A DNA stretch of 64,000 nucleotides from the sequence record NC_054906.1. One strand, written 5' to 3'. Both the position numbers and the translations under genes were made by a program. The DNA is from Enterobacteria phage RB18. Numbering within the stretch: the first letter of the stretch is position 1; the number at the start of each line of letters is the position of its first letter. This document shows, piece by piece, positions 63,990-64,000 of the stretch. The notes below the pieces were generated by a model. It searched no databases. It saw only the letters and a program-made list of their open reading frames with translations, and was not told the DNA's origin.

Positions 63990-64000
63990 AATTTTCCTTA

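Overview
This window reads as a contiguous segment of a T-even (T4-like) Escherichia phage genome, running from the 3' end of the major capsid gene 23 to rIIB. All calls rest on reading the translated ORFs against remembered T4 proteins, lengths and motifs; no database search was run. Gene order matches T4 almost exactly: 23, segD-like, 24, rnlB, hoc, inh, uvsW, uvsY, baseplate genes 25-26-51-27-28-29-48-54, alt region, DNA ligase 30, 30.x, rIII, 31, cd, pseT, spanin pair, alc, rnlA, denA, nrdB, nrdA, td, frd, 32, 59, 33, dsbA, rnh, tail fibre genes 34-38, t, asiA, motA, 52, stp, ndd, denB, rIIB. It is not T4 itself: td and nrdB are intron-less, there is no gene between nrdA and nrdB or between inh and uvsW, and gp37 (1261 aa) plus a glycine-rich gp38 (263 aa) are the T2-type adhesin arrangement. 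Late (TATAAATA), middle (MotA box) and early (GTTTAC) promoters and many tetraloop terminators are readable directly. I did not find a clearly new multi-gene system. The loci most worth a second look are the tandem Alt-like ADP-ribosyltransferases, a NADAR-like protein in the ligase-distal 30.x cluster, an ORF inserted at the frd/td junction, and the uvsW/uvsW.1 split, which a single base in an A-run would close.
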